A stretch of DNA of 64,000 nucleotides from Syntrophaceae bacterium UBA2251 (GCA_002347815.1 DDXV01000042.1:6720-70719), one strand, 5' to 3'; shown: positions 28,535 through 39,390, numbered from the stretch's first letter. Program-made: numbers and translations. Notes: a model not told the origin generated them from the letters alone.

Positions 28535-28563
28535 TTGACACGGGGTCCGCTTCCATATAGCTT
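28535..28563 (+). promoter_or_regulatory. sigma70-type promoter of abfD
   Basis: TTGACA-N17-TAGCTT. Confidence 0.5.
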
Positions 28564-28647
28564 TTTTCGTGGAAACGGGCGCTTATCGCCTTCACCCGGA
28601 GGGGTTGCCCGTCACGAGTGAAAACATTCCCGCAAAAGGAGGCCGCC

Positions 28648-30102
28648 ATGAAAACGCCGCAGGAATACATCGACAGCCTGAGAAAACTCGATCTCAAGGT
28701 CTACCTGCTCGGCAAACGGGTCGAGAACGTCGTGGACGACCCGATCATCCGGCCTTCGCTCAACGCGGTGGCCATGACGTACGCGCTCGCCCAGGACCCC
28801 GGGTATGCGGACCTCATGACGGCGACCTCCCACCTGACGGGCAGGAAGATCAACCGCTTCACCCACATCCACCAGAGCGTCGAGGACCTCGTGCGAAAGA
28901 GCAAGATGGGGCGGCTCATGGGGTCCCGCACCGGCTGCTGCTTCCAGCGTTGCGTCGGCATGGACGCGCTCAACGCCCTGTCCATGACGACCTACGACAT
29001 CGATCAAAGGCACGGGACGGAATACAACCGGCGGTTCCTGAGATATCTGGAATACGTCCAGGAGAACGACCTCGTGTGCGACGGGGCGATGACGGACCCC
29101 AAGGGCGACCGCTCCCTGCCGCCCCACAGGCAGGCCGACCCGGACCAGTACCTCCGGGTGATCGAAGAGCGCCGGGACGGGATCGTCGTACGCGGGGCCA
29201 AGGCCCATCAGACCGGCGCCGTCAACTCCCACGAGGTGATCGTCATGCCCACGATCGCCCTGCGGGAGGAGGACCGGGACTACGCGGTCTCCTTCGCCCT
29301 GCCCAGCGACACGGCGGGCATCACCTACATCCTGGGCCGCCAGTCCTGCGACACCCGGAAGCTGGAGGGCGGCCGGATGGACGTGGGAAACGTCATCTTC
29401 GGCGGACACGAGGCCCTGATCGTCTTCGACGACGTCTTCGTCCCGTGGGAGCGGGTCTTCATGTACCGGGAATACGCCTTCGCCGGCCAGCTGGTGGAGC
29501 AGTTCGCCTCCTACCACCGCCAGAGCTATGCATGCAAGGTGGGGGTCGGGGACGTCCTGATCGGCGCGGCGCGGACGGTCGCCGAGTACAACGGCGCCGA
29601 GCGGGCCTCCCACGTGAAGGACAAGATCATCGAGATGAACCACCTGAACGAGACCCTCTACTGCGGCTGCATCGCCTGCGCGGCGGAGGGGCACCGCGAG
29701 CCGTCCGGGACCTACCTGGTCGACACGCTCCTGGCCAACGTGCACAAGCAGAACGTCACCCGCTTCCCCTACGAGATCGCCCGCCTCGCCCAGGACATCG
29801 CCGGCGGCCTGATGGTCACCCTGCCGTCCGAGGCCGATCTCCACGCCCCGGAGACGGGAAAATGGATGCAAAAATACTTCCGCGGCCGCAGCGACATCCC
29901 GACGGAAGAGCGGATGCGCATCCTGCGCCTGATCGAGAACCTCACGCTGGGGACGGCGGCGGTCGGCTACCTGACGGAGTCCATGCACGGGGCGGGCTCG
30001 CCGCAGGCCCAGCGGATCATGATCGCCCGCCTGGTCGACCTCAAACAAAAGCAGGCGCTCGCCAGGACCCTGTGCGGGATTGGGAACGCGGCGCCGGGAT
30101 GA
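28648..30102 (+). CDS. abfD: 4-hydroxybutyryl-CoA dehydratase (4Fe-4S/FAD; HpaB-like fold)
   Basis: CFQRCVGMD and YHRQSYACK cluster ligands, GAMTDPKGDR, GAKAHQTG, HGAGSPQAQR. Confidence 0.85.
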   Translation: MKTPQEYIDSLRKLDLKVYLLGKRVENVVDDPIIRPSLNAVAMTYALAQDPGYADLMTATSHLTGRKINRFTHIHQSVEDLVRKSKMGRLMGSRTGCCFQRCVGMDALNALSMTTYDIDQRHGTEYNRRFLRYLEYVQENDLVCDGAMTDPKGDRSLPPHRQADPDQYLRVIEERRDGIVVRGAKAHQTGAVNSHEVIVMPTIALREEDRDYAVSFALPSDTAGITYILGRQSCDTRKLEGGRMDVGNVIFGGHEALIVFDDVFVPWERVFMYREYAFAGQLVEQFASYHRQSYACKVGVGDVLIGAARTVAEYNGAERASHVKDKIIEMNHLNETLYCGCIACAAEGHREPSGTYLVDTLLANVHKQNVTRFPYEIARLAQDIAGGLMVTLPSEADLHAPETGKWMQKYFRGRSDIPTEERMRILRLIENLTLGTAAVGYLTESMHGAGSPQAQRIMIARLVDLKQKQALARTLCGIGNAAPG

Positions 30103-30188
30103 GGCGCAGGCGGGACATTCGACGGGCCTGATTCACAGGCGGACGGACAGAAACGCCGTATTCGGCAACACGGAAAGGAGACAGGCCA

Positions 30189-30386
30189 ATGGAACGAAAC
30201 GTTGGAACCATCGACAGGGTTGTCCGGCTCGTGATCGCGATTCTTTTCATCGCCGCCAACGTCGCGGGCTGGGTGACGGGCCTTGCGGGTCTCGTCCTCG
30301 CCGTCCTCGCGGGCATGCTCCTCTCGAGCGTGGTCTCGGGGCACTGCCCGCTCTATGTCAGGCTGGGCATCAAGAAAACGATCTGA
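30189..30386 (+). CDS. DUF2892/YgaP-like small membrane protein
   Basis: MERNVGTIDRVVRL, two hydrophobic helices, GHCPLYVRLGI. Confidence 0.85.
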   Translation: MERNVGTIDRVVRLVIAILFIAANVAGWVTGLAGLVLAVLAGMLLSSVVSGHCPLYVRLGIKKTI

Positions 30387-30546
30387 GCGGCGGACGGACC
30401 GCCGCGATTCCCGGCTTGACGGCGCAACGCCTTTGCCATGGAAGGTTCCGCGGGGCGAGTTGGATTTCCATGTCCCGGCCGGGGGGTTCTGCGCCCGGTC
30501 GACGAAGACGGCGAGGCGGATCGGCGCAAGCGGGGAGACGGCGCGC

Positions 30547-33500
30547 ATGCCGGGTCTGAAGCTGTACCACGGCAACCGGATGGAGGTCCTGGCGGACCGG
30601 CTGGCGGAGGTCCTGGCGGCCCCCCTCGCGGAGCCGTTCGCCCCGGAGATCGTCCTCGTCCAGAGCCGCGGCATGGAGCGCTGGCTGTCGATGGCGCTCG
30701 CCGACCGCCACGGCGTCTGCACGAACGTCCGCTTCCCCTACCCCACCCACTTCGTCCACGCCCTTTTCCGGGCGGTCGATCCCGCGCTGCCGGCGCGCTC
30801 GCCGTACGAACCCGCGGTCATGACCTGGGATCTCGTCGACCTCCTGTCCGCCCTCCCCGACCGCCCGGAGTTCGAGCCGCTCAAGGCCTATCTGGGCGAC
30901 GACGGGAACGGCCTCAAGCGGGTCCAGCTCGCCGGGCGGATCGCGGCGCTCTTCGACCAGTACCTCCTGTTCCGGCCCGAATGGATGCCGGCGTGGGAGC
31001 GCGGGCAGGAGACGCACTGGCAGGCGGCGCTCTGGCGGGAAATCGTCCGGCGCAAGGGACCGGTGCACCGGGTGGCGCTCCGGCGGAGGCTTCTGGCGGC
31101 GATCGGGGACGCGACCGTCCCGCTCCCCGGGGCGCTCGAACGGGTCGCCATGTTCGGCATCTCCTCCCTGCCCCCCTTCTACATGCAGATTCTCGCGGCC
31201 CTCGCGGCCCGGATCGAGGTGAATCTCTTCCTCGTCAATCCCTGCCGGGAGTTCTGGGAAGACATCGTCTCCGAGCGCGAGGCAAGCCGGATCGCGGAGC
31301 GTCTGGCCGGGTACGACCGCCGCCCCGAGGCGTATCACCTCGAGGCGGGGAACCGGCTGCTGGCGTCCCTGGGCCCCCTGGGCCGGGAGTTCCTGCAGAC
31401 GATCGCCGAACTGTCCGCCGAGGAATTCCCCGAATTCGTGGATCCGGGCGACGCCACCCTGCTGGCGGCGATCCAGTCCGACATCCTGAATCTGACGGAG
31501 CGGGCGCCGTCAGGCGGCGGCGGTCCCGCCGCGGACGACGGGTCGCTCCGGGTGCACGTCTGCCACAGTCCGCTCCGCGAGACGGAGATCCTGCACGACG
31601 CCCTGCTCGCGATGTTCACCGCGGACCGGACGCTCCGGCCGGACGAGGTCCTCGTCATGATCCCGGACATCACGGCGTATGCGCCGTTCATCCAGTCCGT
31701 CTTTTCGACGGCGGCGGACGATCCCCGCGCCATCCCCTTCACGCTGGCCGATCGGGGATACCTGCACGAGAGCCATCTGATCGACACGTTCCTCCGTCTC
31801 CTCGACCTTGCGGGAAGCCGCTTCGGCGCCGCTACGGTGCTCGACCTCCTGGACGCGCCCGCCGTCCGGGAAAAGTTTTCGCTCGCCGACGACGACGTGC
31901 GTCTCATCCGGCACTGGGTCCGGGAAACGGGCATCCGCTGGGGCATCGACGCCCGGAACCGGGAGGCGCTGGACCTGCCGGCGGAGGCCGCCAACACCTG
32001 GCGGGCCGGCCTGGACCGGATGCTGCTCGGCTATGCCCTGCCGGCGGGCGGCGAGGCCGTCCTCGTGGACGGCATCTTCCCCTACGACGACATCGAGGGG
32101 GGCGCCGCGGAGAGTCTGGGCCCCTTCCTCGCCTTCACGGAGGCGCTCTTCACGGCCATCCCCGCCCTGGAGACCGGGCGAACCCTCTCCGGATGGGCGC
32201 AGGCGCTCACCGCACTTCTGGAGACGTTCTTTTCCGGCGACGAGCGCTACGGGTCGGAAACGCGGGCCCTCCGCCGTCTCTTCGGTGAATTGAAGGAACT
32301 GGAGGCGGTCTCCGGGTATGGGGGGCAAATCGGGATCGAGGGAATCAAGGCCTTTCTTCGCGAGAACCTCACGGAAACGGGGTCCGGCGGCGGCTTCCTC
32401 GCGGGCGGCGTCACGTTCTGCACCCTGCTCCCCATGCGCAGCATCCCCTTCAAGGTCATCGCGCTCCTGGGCATGAACGACGACGCCTATCCCCGGCCGT
32501 CGGTCCCGCTCGGGTTCGACCGGATGGCGGTTTCCCCGCGCCCCGGCGACCGCTCGCGCCGCCAGGACGACCGCTACCTCTTCCTCGAGGCGCTCCTGTC
32601 GGCCCGGCAGCGCCTCCACATCAGCTATTGCGGGCAGAGCCCGAAGGACAACCGCCCCCGCCCCCCCTCGGTCCTGGTGAGCGAACTGCTCGATGCCATC
32701 GAGGCGGGCTTCGGCCCGCGCATCCGGGAAGACCTTTGCACGCACCACCGCCTGCAGGCCTTTGACCCGGCCTATTTCCGGGGCGATCCGAAGCTGTACA
32801 GCCACTCCACGGAGAACCTCCGGGCCGCGGAACGCGCCGCCGCGCCGCGCCGGGATCCCGAGGCCTTCATCCCCTCCGGCCTTCCCGAGCCGGAAGCGGG
32901 CCTAACGGAGATCGACGTCGAGACGTTCTGCGCCTTCTTCGCGCACCCGGCCCGCTTCCTCCTCCGCCGCCGGCTCGGCCTTTATCTGCGCGACCGGGAG
33001 GCGGCGATCCCGGAGGAGGAGCCCTTCACCCTCGAAGGCCTGGACGCGTACGGCCTCGGCCAGGACCTGGTCGCGCGTCTGCTGGCGGATCGCGACATCG
33101 CGCAGGCCTATCCCGTCCTCAAGGCCGCCGGACGCCTCCCCCACGGTGCGCCGGGGGCGTACGCCTACGACGGTCTGCACGATGCCATGACCGGGCTCGC
33201 CGCCGACATCGGCCGTGCCGTCTCCGGCGGGCGACTCGAGGCCGTTCCGGTGGACCTCCGCCTGGCGGGGATCCACCTCACCGGCGCGCTGGACCCGCTT
33301 TATCCGGAGGGCCTGGTCCGCTACCGCCCGGCCGACGTGAAGGCCCGCGATCGCCTGGACGCCTGGATCCGTCACGTGATCCTGAACCACCCCGGCTGCG
33401 CGGCGCCCGTCCGCGAGACGCGCTTCATCGGCCGGAACCGCGGGGTCCGCTACGCGCCCCTCGCCGTCGCGGAGCAGCCCCTGGCGGACCTGGTCGCCCT

Positions 33501-33762
33501 CTTCCTCGCGGGGCTCCGCACCCCCCTGCACTTCTTCCCCGAATCCTCGCTCGCCTACGCCGACGCAACCGCAGCGGGCAAGGATGCGGCGGCGGCGCTC
33601 CGGGCGGCGCGGACCAAATGGGAGGCCTATCGCTATCCGGAAAAGGACGATCCCGACAACCGGCTCTGCTTCGACCGGATCGACCCCCTGGACGACGCCT
33701 TCCGCCGCCTGGCCGAGACGGTCTTCCATCCGCTGCTTGCGGCCGAGGAGGCGCTGACCTAG
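30547..33762 (+). CDS. recC: Exodeoxyribonuclease V gamma subunit
   Basis: LYHGNRMEVL, VLVQSRGMERWL, NPCREFWEDI, CHSPLRE.EILHD, FCTLLPMRSIPF, DDRYLFLEALLSAR. Confidence 0.97.
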   Translation: MPGLKLYHGNRMEVLADRLAEVLAAPLAEPFAPEIVLVQSRGMERWLSMALADRHGVCTNVRFPYPTHFVHALFRAVDPALPARSPYEPAVMTWDLVDLLSALPDRPEFEPLKAYLGDDGNGLKRVQLAGRIAALFDQYLLFRPEWMPAWERGQETHWQAALWREIVRRKGPVHRVALRRRLLAAIGDATVPLPGALERVAMFGISSLPPFYMQILAALAARIEVNLFLVNPCREFWEDIVSEREASRIAERLAGYDRRPEAYHLEAGNRLLASLGPLGREFLQTIAELSAEEFPEFVDPGDATLLAAIQSDILNLTERAPSGGGGPAADDGSLRVHVCHSPLRETEILHDALLAMFTADRTLRPDEVLVMIPDITAYAPFIQSVFSTAADDPRAIPFTLADRGYLHESHLIDTFLRLLDLAGSRFGAATVLDLLDAPAVREKFSLADDDVRLIRHWVRETGIRWGIDARNREALDLPAEAANTWRAGLDRMLLGYALPAGGEAVLVDGIFPYDDIEGGAAESLGPFLAFTEALFTAIPALETGRTLSGWAQALTALLETFFSGDERYGSETRALRRLFGELKELEAVSGYGGQIGIEGIKAFLRENLTETGSGGGFLAGGVTFCTLLPMRSIPFKVIALLGMNDDAYPRPSVPLGFDRMAVSPRPGDRSRRQDDRYLFLEALLSARQRLHISYCGQSPKDNRPRPPSVLVSELLDAIEAGFGPRIREDLCTHHRLQAFDPAYFRGDPKLYSHSTENLRAAERAAAPRRDPEAFIPSGLPEPEAGLTEIDVETFCAFFAHPARFLLRRRLGLYLRDREAAIPEEEPFTLEGLDAYGLGQDLVARLLADRDIAQAYPVLKAAGRLPHGAPGAYAYDGLHDAMTGLAADIGRAVSGGRLEAVPVDLRLAGIHLTGALDPLYPEGLVRYRPADVKARDRLDAWIRHVILNHPGCAAPVRETRFIGRNRGVRYAPLAVAEQPLADLVALFLAGLRTPLHFFPESSLAYADATAAGKDAAAALRAARTKWEAYRYPEKDDPDNRLCFDRIDPLDDAFRRLAETVFHPLLAAEEALT

Positions 33763-33764
33763 CC

Positions 33765-36700
33765 ATGGACGCCCCGGAGATCTTCAACCTTCTCGAGAGC
33801 CCGCTGACGGAAACCAACCTCATCGAGGCCAGCGCCGGCACGGGAAAGACCTACGCCGTGGAGGGCATCTTCCTCCGCCTCCTCCTGGAACGGGGGCTTT
33901 CCGTGAAGGAGATCCTCGTCGTCACCTACACGGTCGCGGCGACGGAGGAGCTCCGGGACCGCATCCGCGGCCGGATCCGCGCCGCCGTCGCCGCGTTCAC
34001 GTCGGGCGGCCACGACGATCCGTTTCTCGACGGCCTGGTCCGGCGCACGACGGCCCGGGATGAGGCCCTCCGCCGCCTGCGGGCGGCCCTCCGGGATTTC
34101 GACGAGGCGCCGATTCACACGATTCACGGCTTCTGCCAGCGGGCGCTCCGCGAGCACGCCTTCGAAACGCGGGGGACGTTCGACGCGGAGATGATTCCGG
34201 ACGACCGCGCCCTCAAGGAGGAGATCGTCCGCGACTTCTGGCGGCGGCGCCTCTACGGGGCGGCGCCGGAGGTCCCGGGACACGCCCTGTCGCGGAAGTT
34301 CGGCCCGGAAGGCTTCCTCGCGCTGATCGAGGGGCGACTCTTCGATCCCGGCATGCGCATCCTCCCCGAGGCCCCGCCCGTCGTTCTGGACGCCCTGCCC
34401 CCCTTCCGCGAGGCGGTGGAAGCCGTGCGCCTGGCCTGGCCGGCGGCCCGGGAGGCCGTCGCGGCGTGCCTGCGCGACCCCGGTCTGAAGCGGAACGTCT
34501 ACCGGAATCCGGACGCCCTTCTGGCGGGGATGGACGCCTACGCGGCCGCCCGCAGGACCTGGCCTCCGTTTGACGGTTTCGACAGGTTCACCGCGACCGC
34601 CCTCAGGCAGGGAACCCGCAAGGGCTGCACGCCCCCGGAGCACCCCTTTTTCAACATCTGCGAGGCGCTCCGGGAGCGGGCGGCGGCGTGGATGGACCAG
34701 GCCGACCGGCACCTCCTCTTCCTCAAGGCCGAGCTCTTCCGCACCGTGCGGGCGGAGCTCAGGCAACGAAAACGGCGGCGGAACATCCAGTGCTTCGACG
34801 ACCTTCTCCTCGATCTGCGGGAGGCCCTGGCCGGCCCGGGCGGGCCGGCGCTCGCGGAAAAGCTGCGCCTCCGCTACCGGGCCGCCGTGATCGACGAATT
34901 CCAGGACACCGACCCGATCCAGTACGCCATCTTCGAGACGGTCTTCGGCCGCGGGGACGCCACCCTCTTTTTGATCGGCGACCCCAAGCAGTCCATCTAC
35001 AGTTTCCGGGGGGCCGATCTGTTCACCTACCTGCGGGCCTCCCGCGACGTGCGCCGCCGCCACACCCTGCGGCACAACTGGCGGTCCGAACCCGCCCTGA
35101 TCGAGGCCGTCAACGCGGTCTTCCGTCATCCGGGCGGCGCGCCCTTCCTCTACGGCGCGATCCCCTTCACCGGGGCCATCGCGGGCGACGTCCCGGAACG
35201 GGCCGTCCTGACGGTGGACGGAAGGCCCTCCCCCCCGTTCCGCCTCTGGTTTCTCGACGGGGCGCGCCTCGAAGCGGCGGGGGCGGCGACAAACCAGGAC
35301 CGCGCGGCCGGGCTGATCGTCCGGTCCGTGGCGGCGGAGATCTCGCGCCTCCTCGACCCGGGGGCGGGGCCCCGGACGACGATCGGCGACGCCCCCCTGG
35401 CCGCCGGCGACATCGCGGTCCTGGTCCGCACCAACCGGGAGGCGCGCCGGGTGCGGGAGGCCCTCCGCGCCCTCGGCATCCCGGCGGTCCTCCACAGTAC
35501 GGGCAACCTCTTCGACACCCGCGAGGCCCTCGATATCGAGCGCGTCCTGGGGGCGCTGGCCGCCCCCGGGGACGAGGGCCGGATGCGGATCGCCCTCGCG
35601 ACCGACCTGCTGGGCCTGAACGGAGAGGCGCTGCACGCGCTCGGCGGGGACGAGACCGCCTGGGAGGACCGGCTCGCCCGGTTCCGGGCCTACCACGCCC
35701 TCTGGGACGAGCGGGGCTTCATCCCCATGTTCCGACGCTTCCTGGCCGCGGAGAACGTCCGCGAGCGGCTCCTCGCCTTTCCCGACGGCGAGCGGCGGTT
35801 GACGAACGTCCTCCACCTCGCGGAGGTTTTGCATGCAGAAGCCGTCTCCGGGCGACGGGGCATGGCGGGCCTCGTCCAGTGGCTCGCCCGGCAGCGGGAT
35901 CCCGGGACGCCCCGGCTGGAGGAGCACGAACTCCGCCTGGAAAGCGACGCCCGCGCCGTGAACATCGTCACCATCCACAAGAGCAAGGGCCTGGAATATC
36001 CCGTCGTCTTCTGCCCCTTCCACTGGGGGGGCGCCAAACTCCGGCCGGGAGAATTCCTGTTTCACGATCCCGCGGACGACTGGCGGCCGACCCTCGTCCT
36101 CGCGCCGGACGCCGGGCCGGGCCGGGACCTGGCGCTCCGGGAGACGCTGGCGGAAGACATCCGCCTGCTCTACGTCGCCCTGACCCGCGCCCGGCACCGC
36201 TGCTACCTCGTCTGGGGGCCGTTCAAGGACGCGGACGCCTCCGCCCTCGCGTACATCCTCCACCCGCGGGCCGGGGAAGCCGGCGATGACGTGACCCCGA
36301 CGGAGGCCGGATCCACGGGGCTCGACGGCGACACCCTGCGCCGGGAGCTGGAGGCCCTCGCCGCGTCCGCCGCCGGGGCGATCGCCCTGGAGGAGATGCC
36401 GCCGCCGGACGCCGCTCGCCGCGCCGCTTCACCCGAAGCCGCGCCGGTCCTGAGCTGCCGGACCTTCGCCGGCCTGCCGGACCGGGATCGGCCGATCGCC
36501 AGTTTTTCGTCGCTTGTGGCGGACCGCGCCCTCCGGCCGGAATCCCCGGCCGAAATCGGCGATCCCGCCGACCGTCCCGACCGGGACGGCGAGGCCGGGG
36601 CGACCGCCCCGACGCCCTCCGGGAAACCGTCCGGGGCGTTCGCGCTGCCGCGGGGAACAAAAACGGGCAACCTCCTGCACGAGATTCTCGAGGAGATCGA

Positions 36701-37403
36701 CTTCACCGCCGCGGCGGGCCCGGCGGCGGAAAACCTGTTCGCGGACAAGCTCGCGGCGTACGGGTTCGACCCGGCCTGGCAGGAGACGGTCGCCCAGACG
36801 GTCCGGCTTGCCCTCGCCGCGCCGCTGGACCCGGATCTCGACGGACTGACGCTCTCCACCGTCGCCTGGACGGATCGTCTAAGCGAGCTCGGGTTCTACG
36901 TCCCCCTGAACCGGATGACGCCGGACCGTCTGGAGCGCCTGCTCGCCGAAACCGGGATCGCGCCGGCGTCGGGCTTCCCGGAAGGCATCGGCCGGCTCCG
37001 CTTCCAGCCGGTCCGCGGCTTCATGCGGGGGTACATGGATCTCGTCTTCCGCCATGCCGGCCGCGTCTATCTTGTGGACTGGAAGACGAATTTTCTGGGC
37101 GACACCGTCGCGGACTACCGGCCCGATGCCCTGGCGCAGGCGATGCGGGAGGCCTTTTATCCGCTCCAGTACCACCTGTACGCGCTGGCCCTGCACCGCT
37201 ACCTGAAGCGGCGCCTGCCGGCATACAACTACGACACCCATTTCGGCGGCGTCTTTTACCTTTTCCTGCGGGGCCTCGATCCGGAACATCCGGGCGCCAC
37301 GGGCATCTACCGGGATCGCCCGGCCCGGGAAACGATCGCGACCCTCGAACGGGCCCTGCTGCCCGCCGCGCCCGGAGGCGACGGGAGAGAGGGGGCTCCA
37401 TGA
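33765..37403 (+). CDS. recB: Exodeoxyribonuclease V beta subunit
   Basis: IEASAGTGKT, DEFQDTD, IGDPKQSIYSFRGAD, TIHKSKGLEYP, YVALTRA, nuclease GYMDLVF..VDWKT. Confidence 0.97.
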   Translation: MDAPEIFNLLESPLTETNLIEASAGTGKTYAVEGIFLRLLLERGLSVKEILVVTYTVAATEELRDRIRGRIRAAVAAFTSGGHDDPFLDGLVRRTTARDEALRRLRAALRDFDEAPIHTIHGFCQRALREHAFETRGTFDAEMIPDDRALKEEIVRDFWRRRLYGAAPEVPGHALSRKFGPEGFLALIEGRLFDPGMRILPEAPPVVLDALPPFREAVEAVRLAWPAAREAVAACLRDPGLKRNVYRNPDALLAGMDAYAAARRTWPPFDGFDRFTATALRQGTRKGCTPPEHPFFNICEALRERAAAWMDQADRHLLFLKAELFRTVRAELRQRKRRRNIQCFDDLLLDLREALAGPGGPALAEKLRLRYRAAVIDEFQDTDPIQYAIFETVFGRGDATLFLIGDPKQSIYSFRGADLFTYLRASRDVRRRHTLRHNWRSEPALIEAVNAVFRHPGGAPFLYGAIPFTGAIAGDVPERAVLTVDGRPSPPFRLWFLDGARLEAAGAATNQDRAAGLIVRSVAAEISRLLDPGAGPRTTIGDAPLAAGDIAVLVRTNREARRVREALRALGIPAVLHSTGNLFDTREALDIERVLGALAAPGDEGRMRIALATDLLGLNGEALHALGGDETAWEDRLARFRAYHALWDERGFIPMFRRFLAAENVRERLLAFPDGERRLTNVLHLAEVLHAEAVSGRRGMAGLVQWLARQRDPGTPRLEEHELRLESDARAVNIVTIHKSKGLEYPVVFCPFHWGGAKLRPGEFLFHDPADDWRPTLVLAPDAGPGRDLALRETLAEDIRLLYVALTRARHRCYLVWGPFKDADASALAYILHPRAGEAGDDVTPTEAGSTGLDGDTLRRELEALAASAAGAIALEEMPPPDAARRAASPEAAPVLSCRTFAGLPDRDRPIASFSSLVADRALRPESPAEIGDPADRPDRDGEAGATAPTPSGKPSGAFALPRGTKTGNLLHEILEEIDFTAAAGPAAENLFADKLAAYGFDPAWQETVAQTVRLALAAPLDPDLDGLTLSTVAWTDRLSELGFYVPLNRMTPDRLERLLAETGIAPASGFPEGIGRLRFQPVRGFMRGYMDLVFRHAGRVYLVDWKTNFLGDTVADYRPDALAQAMREAFYPLQYHLYALALHRYLKRRLPAYNYDTHFGGVFYLFLRGLDPEHPGATGIYRDRPARETIATLERALLPAAPGGDGREGAP

Positions 37404-39256
37404 AAAACGAGGCCAGCGGCGTCCTCTCCCCCCGGTCGCGTTTCTCCCCGCTGGACGAGGCCTTCGGCCGGTTCATCCATCGGATCGACGGGCGGGGCGC
37501 GCCGGAGCTGACCCTCGCCGCGGCCTGGCTCAGCCGCTCCCGGGCCGAGGGCCACATCTGCCTCGATCTGGAGGCAACGCCGGAAGACGGTTTGCCGGCC
37601 GCCGGGGAGGCCCTCCCGCCCCGGCCCGAGGCCGAACGCTGGAAGGCCCTTCTGGAAACGAGCCCCGCGGTGGGAAGTCCCGGGGACCGTCTGCCGCTCA
37701 TCCTGGACGGAACCCGCCTCTACCTGTTCCGCTACTGGGCCTACGAGCACGCGGTGGTCCGGACGCTCAAGACCCTGGCCGCCGATGCCGCGGGCGTTCC
37801 GGACGGGGCCCGGCTGCGGGCGGCTTTTGACTGCATTTTTCCCCCGGACGGCGACGTCGGCGCGGAGCGGATCGACTGGCAGAAGGTCGCCGCCTTCGCC
37901 GCGGCGAGACACCGGTTCGCCGTCGTCTCGGGCGGGCCGGGCACGGGCAAGACCTTCACCGTGGCCCGCATCCTGGCCCTCCTCGTCGCCCAGGACCCCG
38001 GCCGCCCCCCCGCCATCGCCCTGGCGGCCCCGACCGGAAAGGCGGCGGCGCGACTGCAGGAGGCCATCCGGGAGGCCAAGGCGACGCTCGCGCTTCCCCC
38101 CGCGCTCGGGGCGGCGATCCCCGAAACCGCCTCGACCCTCCACCGGCTGCTCCAGAGCCGCCCCGGGACGCCCTATTTCCGTTACCACGCGGATCGCCCC
38201 CTGCCGGCCGATATCGTCGTCGTCGACGAGGCGTCGATGGTGGACCTCGCCCTCTTCGCCAAACTGACCGGGGCGCTCCGCCCCCACGCGCGTCTCATCC
38301 TCCTGGGGGACAAGAACCAGTTGGCCTCCGTCGAGGCCGGGGCCGTTCTGGGCGACATCTGCGACACCGGGCGCGATCACGGCTATTCCAGAGCCTTCGC
38401 CGAAGCCTGCCGGCGGGCGACGGGAGAGCGCATCCCGGCGGAAGACACGGCGTCGCCCGGCCTGAGCGATCGCATCGTCTCGCTCCGGAAGAGCTACCGG
38501 TTCGGCGAAACGAGCGGCATCGGCGCCCTGAGCCGGGCCGTCAATGCGGGTGACGCGTCCCGGGCCGGCGCGATCGTCCGGGGCGAGGGGTCCGGCGACA
38601 TCGCCTGGCGGGACCTGCCGCCCCCCGAGGCCCTGCCGCGGCTGCTGGCGGCCTGGATCGCGGCGCACGACGTCGCGCCCCCGACGGCCGGCGACCCGGC
38701 CGAGCTCCTGGAGCGCTTCGGCCGCGCACGGATCCTCTGCGCCCCGCGGGAGGGGCCGTACGGCGTCCGGCATGTGAACCTCCTCGCGGAGCGGTTCCTG
38801 CGCGAGGAGGGACGGATCGGCGGAGGCGGCCCCTGGTACGCGGGGCGGCCCGTGATGGTGACGAAAAACGACTACGGCCTGGGGCTGTTCAACGGAGACA
38901 TCGGGATGGCGCTGGCCGATCCGGAACACCGGGGCGATCTGCGGGTCTTCTTCCCCGCCGGCGGGGGAAAGGTGCGAAGCTTCCCGCCGCTCAGGCTTCC
39001 GGAGCACGAAGCGGCCTACGCCATGACGGTTCACAAGAGCCAGGGCTCCGAATTCGACGATGTCCTGTTCCTGATGCCGGACCGCGACGTCCCGGTGCTG
39101 ACGCGGCAGCTCGTCTATACGGCGGTCACGCGGGCCCGGAGAACCCTGTGGATCGCCGGTCGGGAGGAGATTTTCGCGGCGGCCCTGAGCCGCCACCTGA
39201 AGCGCGCCTCCGGACTCCGGGACGCCCTCTGGGGCGGTGGAACGGTCTGCGCCTGA
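37400..39256 (+). CDS. recD: Exodeoxyribonuclease V alpha subunit
   Basis: GGPGTGKT, APTGKAAARL, TLHRLL, VDEASMVD, AMTVHKSQGSEF, YTAVTRAR. Confidence 0.97.
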   Translation: MKNEASGVLSPRSRFSPLDEAFGRFIHRIDGRGAPELTLAAAWLSRSRAEGHICLDLEATPEDGLPAAGEALPPRPEAERWKALLETSPAVGSPGDRLPLILDGTRLYLFRYWAYEHAVVRTLKTLAADAAGVPDGARLRAAFDCIFPPDGDVGAERIDWQKVAAFAAARHRFAVVSGGPGTGKTFTVARILALLVAQDPGRPPAIALAAPTGKAAARLQEAIREAKATLALPPALGAAIPETASTLHRLLQSRPGTPYFRYHADRPLPADIVVVDEASMVDLALFAKLTGALRPHARLILLGDKNQLASVEAGAVLGDICDTGRDHGYSRAFAEACRRATGERIPAEDTASPGLSDRIVSLRKSYRFGETSGIGALSRAVNAGDASRAGAIVRGEGSGDIAWRDLPPPEALPRLLAAWIAAHDVAPPTAGDPAELLERFGRARILCAPREGPYGVRHVNLLAERFLREEGRIGGGGPWYAGRPVMVTKNDYGLGLFNGDIGMALADPEHRGDLRVFFPAGGGKVRSFPPLRLPEHEAAYAMTVHKSQGSEFDDVLFLMPDRDVPVLTRQLVYTAVTRARRTLWIAGREEIFAAALSRHLKRASGLRDALWGGGTVCA

Positions 39257-39311
39257 CCCGGACCGGTCCGGTCGGCGGCGGCGTCCCTGAGCCACCCGTC
39301 TCAATTTTCCA

Positions 39312-39340
39312 TTGACATGGGGTCGACTTCCCGCTATCAA
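39312..39340 (+). promoter_or_regulatory. sigma70-type promoter of the GAF/PAS sensor
   Basis: TTGACA-N17-TATCAA. Confidence 0.55.
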
Positions 39341-39390
39341 CACGCCGTAAACACTTTTCCTGATGAGCACGCCCTGCGGAGGACCGCTCG

